Source: Octopus vulgaris (taxonomy: Eukaryota). Taken from it: DNA of 64,000 nt. The notes beneath the pieces were generated by a model. That model did no database searches, was not told where the DNA came from, and worked only from the letters and a program-made list of their open reading frames with translations. The stretch spans positions 37,014,001 to 37,078,000 of the forward strand of contig OX597833.1 in assembly GCA_951406725.2 (NCBI GenBank), given 5' to 3'. A program made the translations under genes and the position numbers. The first letter of the stretch is position 1. Every line of letters starts with the position of its first letter. Below, piece by piece: positions 58,200 through 64,000 of the stretch.

Positions 58200-61100
58200 G
58201 TAAGTAATATTTCCAAACATTTCAGTTTCTCTCTGTGTACATGTGTGTGTGTCTATTTGAATCAGTAATTGCTACAATCATTTTTGTCAAATCTGTGTCT
58301 GTAATAACTTCTAGTTTTGTTCACAACTTCCCTTCCTTCTCAATCTCTCCTGTCTGTTTGTATGTATGCATGCATGCATACAGACATGTTCTCAACACAG
58401 CAGCAGCATTCTTTCACTTAACCTCTTATGCATTTCCCTCCTCCTTCCTTCTCTTGCTCTGTATATATGTATGTGTTTGTGTATGTATGTACACATGTAT
58501 ACATATCTCTCAACATGCTCTTTAAATGCATTAAGATATCACTTTTGAAAATTACAAAGAAAAATTCTTTTGACAGAAGTAAATTTATTACAAAATGGAA
58601 AGAAAAATGAATCTCCATTCTTTAAATTTCTCTTGAGAAAACTTACAAATTGTTAAATTTTCATTTATCATCTATCACTGTTTTTACTTGAATCTCTCAC
58701 CCTACTAATGTGTTCACACATGGTCAGTTGTATATTGTTCTGAGTAGAGTTCAGGATCTATCAAAAATTTTTGTTGGTCAAAGTCAATTTACTATACCGA
58801 GAGGCTCTTACAGGCATCCTTCCCAATTATAAAAACTTGTTAAATTCACTAAAAATGTTGTATACACACATCGACAGTCAAAAATTTCTGCCTGTGGTTT
58901 GTTGTATATAATGTTGTATGTATAATAATAAAAACAGTAACACACTAATATGTATCTTGATCTGTTAAATGTTTCTTATATTGTTTTACGTAATTCTTTC
59001 TCGAACATATATTTCAATGAAACAAAGTATTACTTATTCTGGGTATAAAATAACAGGTCATTGAGTTATGATATAAGGTTTATCTTCAAAAGAACTGGAA
59101 AAATTTCAGTTGTTGGAATGTAGTTGTCTTCAAAATAATGCAAATTACTTAAAATAGTTTAGATTTAATGCAGAGAAGGATTATTTTAATTTCTTAGAAG
59201 CATTTTTCATGGCATTTGCTAACAAATTAATAATCAAAACTGAAGCTCCCACCTTACCCTCAAGACTTAGTTAAGGATTTAAATGAACCTTCTGAGAAAC
59301 TGCTTCAAATTTAAGTAATGCTTTTTTGAAATATTTGATTTTGTGGATTGGGATAGCTGATGTTATATGTAAAATACAGAGGTGAGACATAAAGAACTTG
59401 AAATGTGCGTAATATTCATGGTTTACTAGGACTTTCAGATTAAAGATATTTTACGATTCATGATTAGTTTTATTAAATCACGAAAGAGTGTGGCTTACTG
59501 TCTAGAAAATATTGGTCAACTTATTTATCTTTTGCTTGCTAATTATCTTTTGAATATTTTTTCTTTATTTTTAATTTTTTATATTCTACTTTGGGCTGTA
59601 AATATTAAACTATTTGATGTTCTGTGTGAATGTTAAGTTTTATGTAATTTTGAGCTTCATCTGATTATTCTGTGAGAAGTTTTAGCTGTGTTATTCATAG
59701 TGAAAATGTTTAGTTATGTTGCTTTTCCTGGTGTTGTTTTGAATGTTTTCTTTTTATTCTATATTATCTAAATCAACACATTGCAATTAACAAATCTGAT
59801 TCTCTAGTAATTGGATATATCCTGAATTCCTTGAAAAAAAAAAAAAAAACGCTTATAAGAAAAATTTAATTTTCAATTTGTTAATGAAAGCCTGTGAGTC
59901 TAGGATGATTTCTGTTAGAGCTGCAGTTGTAATTAATACTTTTTCACTATTTCTTGGTATTTGAGGATAAGAAGTCTGTCTTGCAATAAAATGTAGTCAT
60001 AACCATAACTATGGAAAGATGGAAATGCTTTCCTTTATTAGAAATGATATTCAAACACTTGGCTATTCAGTAATGAAAATTTGACACATGTTTAATTAAC
60101 TGCTTGATGTAGACTGGAAACAATATTATTTATAGTCATATATACTTGTAGAAAGATGAAACAATTAAGGAATCAAATAGAATCTTAATTTTATAACTTT
60201 GTTCAAAATTGTTTTCTGTTGTATTTTAAGATTATTCTTAATATCTATTTTGTTACTAACAATGGAATTTGTGAAGAAATGTAAGCATAATGAATGATTT
60301 TATAGTAACATAAGAAGAGAATAATTGTCATATGAATGAAACCGCTTGGTTGTAGTTAATTGGAAATTGGTACTGATAGAACTTAATAAATTTGGATAAA
60401 AATTACTCCCAACTTGATTTGTAGACTCCATTTTAATTGCAGTGATTCATGGAAAATAAAATGGTTATTTATTTATTCTAGTAAAAATACCTTTCTGTAT
60501 ATTTTTGTTTTCTTATAAAAATTTTTTAGGTCATAAATTATTCAACAAGTTTATAGGTTTCAATGTATCAGCAGAAATAGTACAAAACAAAACAGATGTT
60601 GTCATGTTTAAGCTTAAATCTGGGCAATATTTCTTGTAACCACCCTAGTGGAAATACCTGTTTAAAAGTAATTGACAATAGAAGGAAGCTTTTCATGTTT
60701 ACATCTTTGATGTTAGTACAAGGGAGTTGATAGGGTGAATAAAGATATTCATCATGATAAAGCAACTATGTCACAGTTACTGTACATTAATTATTAAAAA
60801 TTCAGTGCCTAGCTTAGATATCCATGGAAGGGTTATAATATGCTCTCTGCTTTGATGTTTTCCAAATAGAATTCATGATAGAGGGTATCCACAAATCACT
60901 TTCACTGACTTGACACCATTCTGAATTTTATTTATTTTCTTGGCATTCCTTTCTTTTAGATTTCACATTATCCAAATAATTCACAAGTTTTAATAGTTCA
61001 TGTTTTTCTTTGTTAGATTAAGATTTTTATCAGTTTATTCTCTGCTAGTCATTATTGTGAGTAAACTAATGAAATTTCCAATAAAACACAAATGAAACTA

Positions 61101-61394
61101 TTCTTGATTTAAAGATTAGAATAAATCAATTGCAAATTTCAGAATTTTTATCAACATAATTCAATTGAATTCATAAGTGAGGTTAAGTAAAGGATTGGAT
61201 AGTTTTCTCTTTCCGTTTCAAAGGATTATTTAAGGTCAAAAATGTTCCTGTTTGTACTATGTGCATTTATTTTTTGTTTTATTGAGTGAATTAGATGTTA
61301 TCTTCCTGTGGATGTTATCTTCCTTTGATTTTCAAGCATCATGTAGTGAGTTAGAGTTCAGTAATATTATTTGTTATTATTCATTAATGATTTA

Positions 61395-61610
61395 AGGCAG
61401 TGAACTGGCAGAATCATTAGCATGTGGGCAAAAAGTTAGTGGCATTTCGTCCGTCTTTATGTTTTGAGTTCAAATTCCACCAAAGTCAACTTTGCTTTAC
61501 ATCCTTTTAAGGTTGATAAAATAAGTACCAGTAGAATACTGGAGGAGCTAAGTTGATACTTAGCTCCTGCTCCAAAATCACTGGCCTTGTACCAAAATTT
61601 GAAGTCATTA
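61395..61610 (+). mobile_element. SINE family B (CpG-decayed)
   Basis: ggcagtgaactggcagaatcattagc...ccaccaaagtcaactttg corresponds to the 7141 head with CpGs mutated. Confidence 0.82.
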
Positions 61611-61997
61611 TCTATTAATGATTTAATTATAGAAAGAACGTTTGGATTTAGAGAAAATAACCAGAGATATTTCAGTGTCATATGTACACACCAGTAATCC
61701 TAGTGATATTTGGATTTATTAATTCTGAGCAAAAGTGGATCACCCAGCTTTTGCTGGTGATAGTGACCCACAAAACAATGAACTTGGAAGCAAAGTGTGT
61801 TGAGTATTTTCAACGTTTTCCTGAAGAAAGTTTTTTTTTATCAGGATGAGGAGACCATAGGTATGTTTGTCAACAAAGCAATGCCACCTTTGTTACATCA
61901 ATGGAGGAGATTAAGGTATGTCTCTGAGTGGTTTTTATGAAGCTATTTGTACAGCTTCCAAGTTAAACAAATGGAATGTAAATTCATCTCTGAGATA

Positions 61998-62162
61998 GGC
62001 GTAGGAGTGGCTGTGTGGTAAGTAGCTTGCTTACGAACCACATGGTTCTGGGTTCAGTCCCACTACGTGGCACCTTGGGCAAGTGTCTTCTGCTATAGCC
62101 TCAGGCCGACCAAAGCCTTGTGAGTGGATTTAGTAGACAGAAACTGAAAGCAGCCCATCGTA

Positions 62163-62193
<31 letters not shown>

Positions 62194-62400
62194 TTGTGTC
62201 TGTGTTTGTTCCCCCAACATCGCTTGACACCCGATGCTGGTGTGTTTACATCCCCATAACTTAGCAGTTTGGCAAAAGAGATCGATAGAATAAGTACTAG
62301 GTTTACAAAGAATAAGTCCTGGGGTTGATTTGCTTGACTAAAGGCGGTGCTCCAGCATGGCTACAGTCAAATGACTGAAACAAGTAAAAGAGTAAAAGAG
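61998..62400 (+). mobile_element. SINE family A, full-length, partly CpG-decayed
   Basis: Colinear with the 39695 copy. Confidence 0.92.
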
Positions 62401-63957
62401 ACATGAAATTCATACCTAGGAATCGATATCTCAGATATATGTAGAAACATGTACATGTAATCAACTTAGCTATATTAAACCTATTTGGACAGGTAAAAAT
62501 CAACAACAAACATTTACAATGTACACCAGTAATCAATATATTTTGTGAGGAAGTTTAATCCAGATGTATGTCATAGATAAATTCTTTCGCTTTTTACACT
62601 GATCTAATGGCATTTCATTAAAATCTCTAGTTTCTAACAGGATTGGGAGTAGAGAAAATATTATACACATTTAAGAGTTAACATATTACCAAAATTCTTC
62701 TGAGAGCTTATTTACAGAAGAGGATCAAAAGTTTCTAATTTGTATCTTACTAACACTCAGGTTATACTGATAAATTTAGAGTCCACTTTTTTCAGAATTG
62801 ATCCACTTGAATATTAAGTAAACAAAATATGTTTCAACTAGCAGGACCCATTAATATTTCACAGAATTAATGGTAAACGTATTGGGTTATTTCTGAAAAC
62901 TTTATCCAAAAAACCTGAGGGTGTAGCCTGTGTTGTGTCTGTATCGAAAGGTAGTTGCTCATCTGCTACTCATTGAAAAGTGAATGAAATTGGAATACGA
63001 TGATTACTTAATGCACTTTATATATATACTTTATATAATTTATGCACAATTTTATAGATTAATACACAGCACTCATAAAATAAATATTTACTCTTATTTT
63101 TCCATTTTCCCCATAAACAAATATAAAAAATATCATGTGCATATGATGCAACTTTTAGTTAAATTACATATATATGCCACATAAATAAGCATGAATATTT
63201 CACAGAATTGCACTTATGCACATGCGTTAAGTGATTGGTGATATAAGAAAACTTAGTTCTTAAAAAATAACTACTTTTCACTATCCAGCCACCTCCATCT
63301 CCACCACCATCATCTCTTTCCTTCCTCTTCTCCCCCTCTCCTCTCTCTCTGTCTCTTTCTCTCTCTCTTTCTTTCTTTCTTTAACCTCACCATCAGAACG
63401 TCATCACTCTGCTAAAATTATATTTTTAACTCTCTTCCTGTACCTTCAACTAACATTTTTGACCATGTAATAAATATTATGTTCTCCCTACCTCACATCA
63501 TGGTTGCTTTTCTCCCTCTTTTTCTTTCTCTTTTTGTCTCTCCTTCTTCTTTCTCCTCTCTTTCCCTTCAAATAAACACACGAAAGCATTACAATTACAT
63601 TCCCTCTATCTCATGTCATGGATGCTTCTTTCTCCCTCTCTCTTTTTCTCTTTCCCTCTTTTTCCCTCTTTTTCTTTCGTCATGTGAAAGTGTTACTGAT
63701 GGGCTAAGTAATGCAATGACAAGCAGAATTATTATAAGATTGTTCTTAAAACACATGCACACACACACACATTCTTAAAACCGTTTTTCTTCTGAAAAGA
63801 TGTGTCAGTAAGTCACTAGGGTGATTAGGAGCACCACAATTAGCTTAAAATATATCAAGCTATTCACTGATTATGGTAAGTCCCAAATCTTTGATCAGTT
63901 CACTGATCCCACCTCTACAGCTATATAGTCATTAGATAGATATTGTATTGATACCAC

Positions 63958-63993
<36 letters not shown>

Positions 63994-64000
63994 ATATATA

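Overview
Eukaryotic, AT-rich, microsatellite-saturated DNA; the SINE families and repeat landscape best fit a cephalopod (octopus) genome (inference). No complete host protein-coding gene is visible, and most entries in the ORF track are (TA)n/(CA)n/(TATG)n/(TATC)n translation artefacts. The window is a nest of mobile elements: at least five Penelope-like retroelements (PLEs; RT + GIY-YIG), a full-length decayed mariner, two Tigger/pogo remnants, CR1- and R4/Dong-type LINE fragments, Helitrons, MITEs and many tRNA-derived SINEs. A probable divergent promoter/5' exon region lies at about 48.5-51 kb, followed by a CpG-depleted, probably methylated gene body. The hidden layer is catalytic RNA: about 16 hammerhead-ribozyme (HHR) motifs or remnants in several families. 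The main candidate novelty is a hammerhead whose three strands occur in an order (III-UH-I, then II-GAAA-III, then I-CUGANGA-II) that is not a circular permutation of types I/II/III. It appears in two families with completely different but complementary stems (13006-13067, 9238-9299, 31596-31642; 36703-36765). Also notable are a tRNA-headed SINE carrying an HHR that inserts with PLE-style 5' inversions, and type I HHRs with a ~60-nt helix II. All ribozyme calls come from base-pairing read by eye; activity and novelty are untested.
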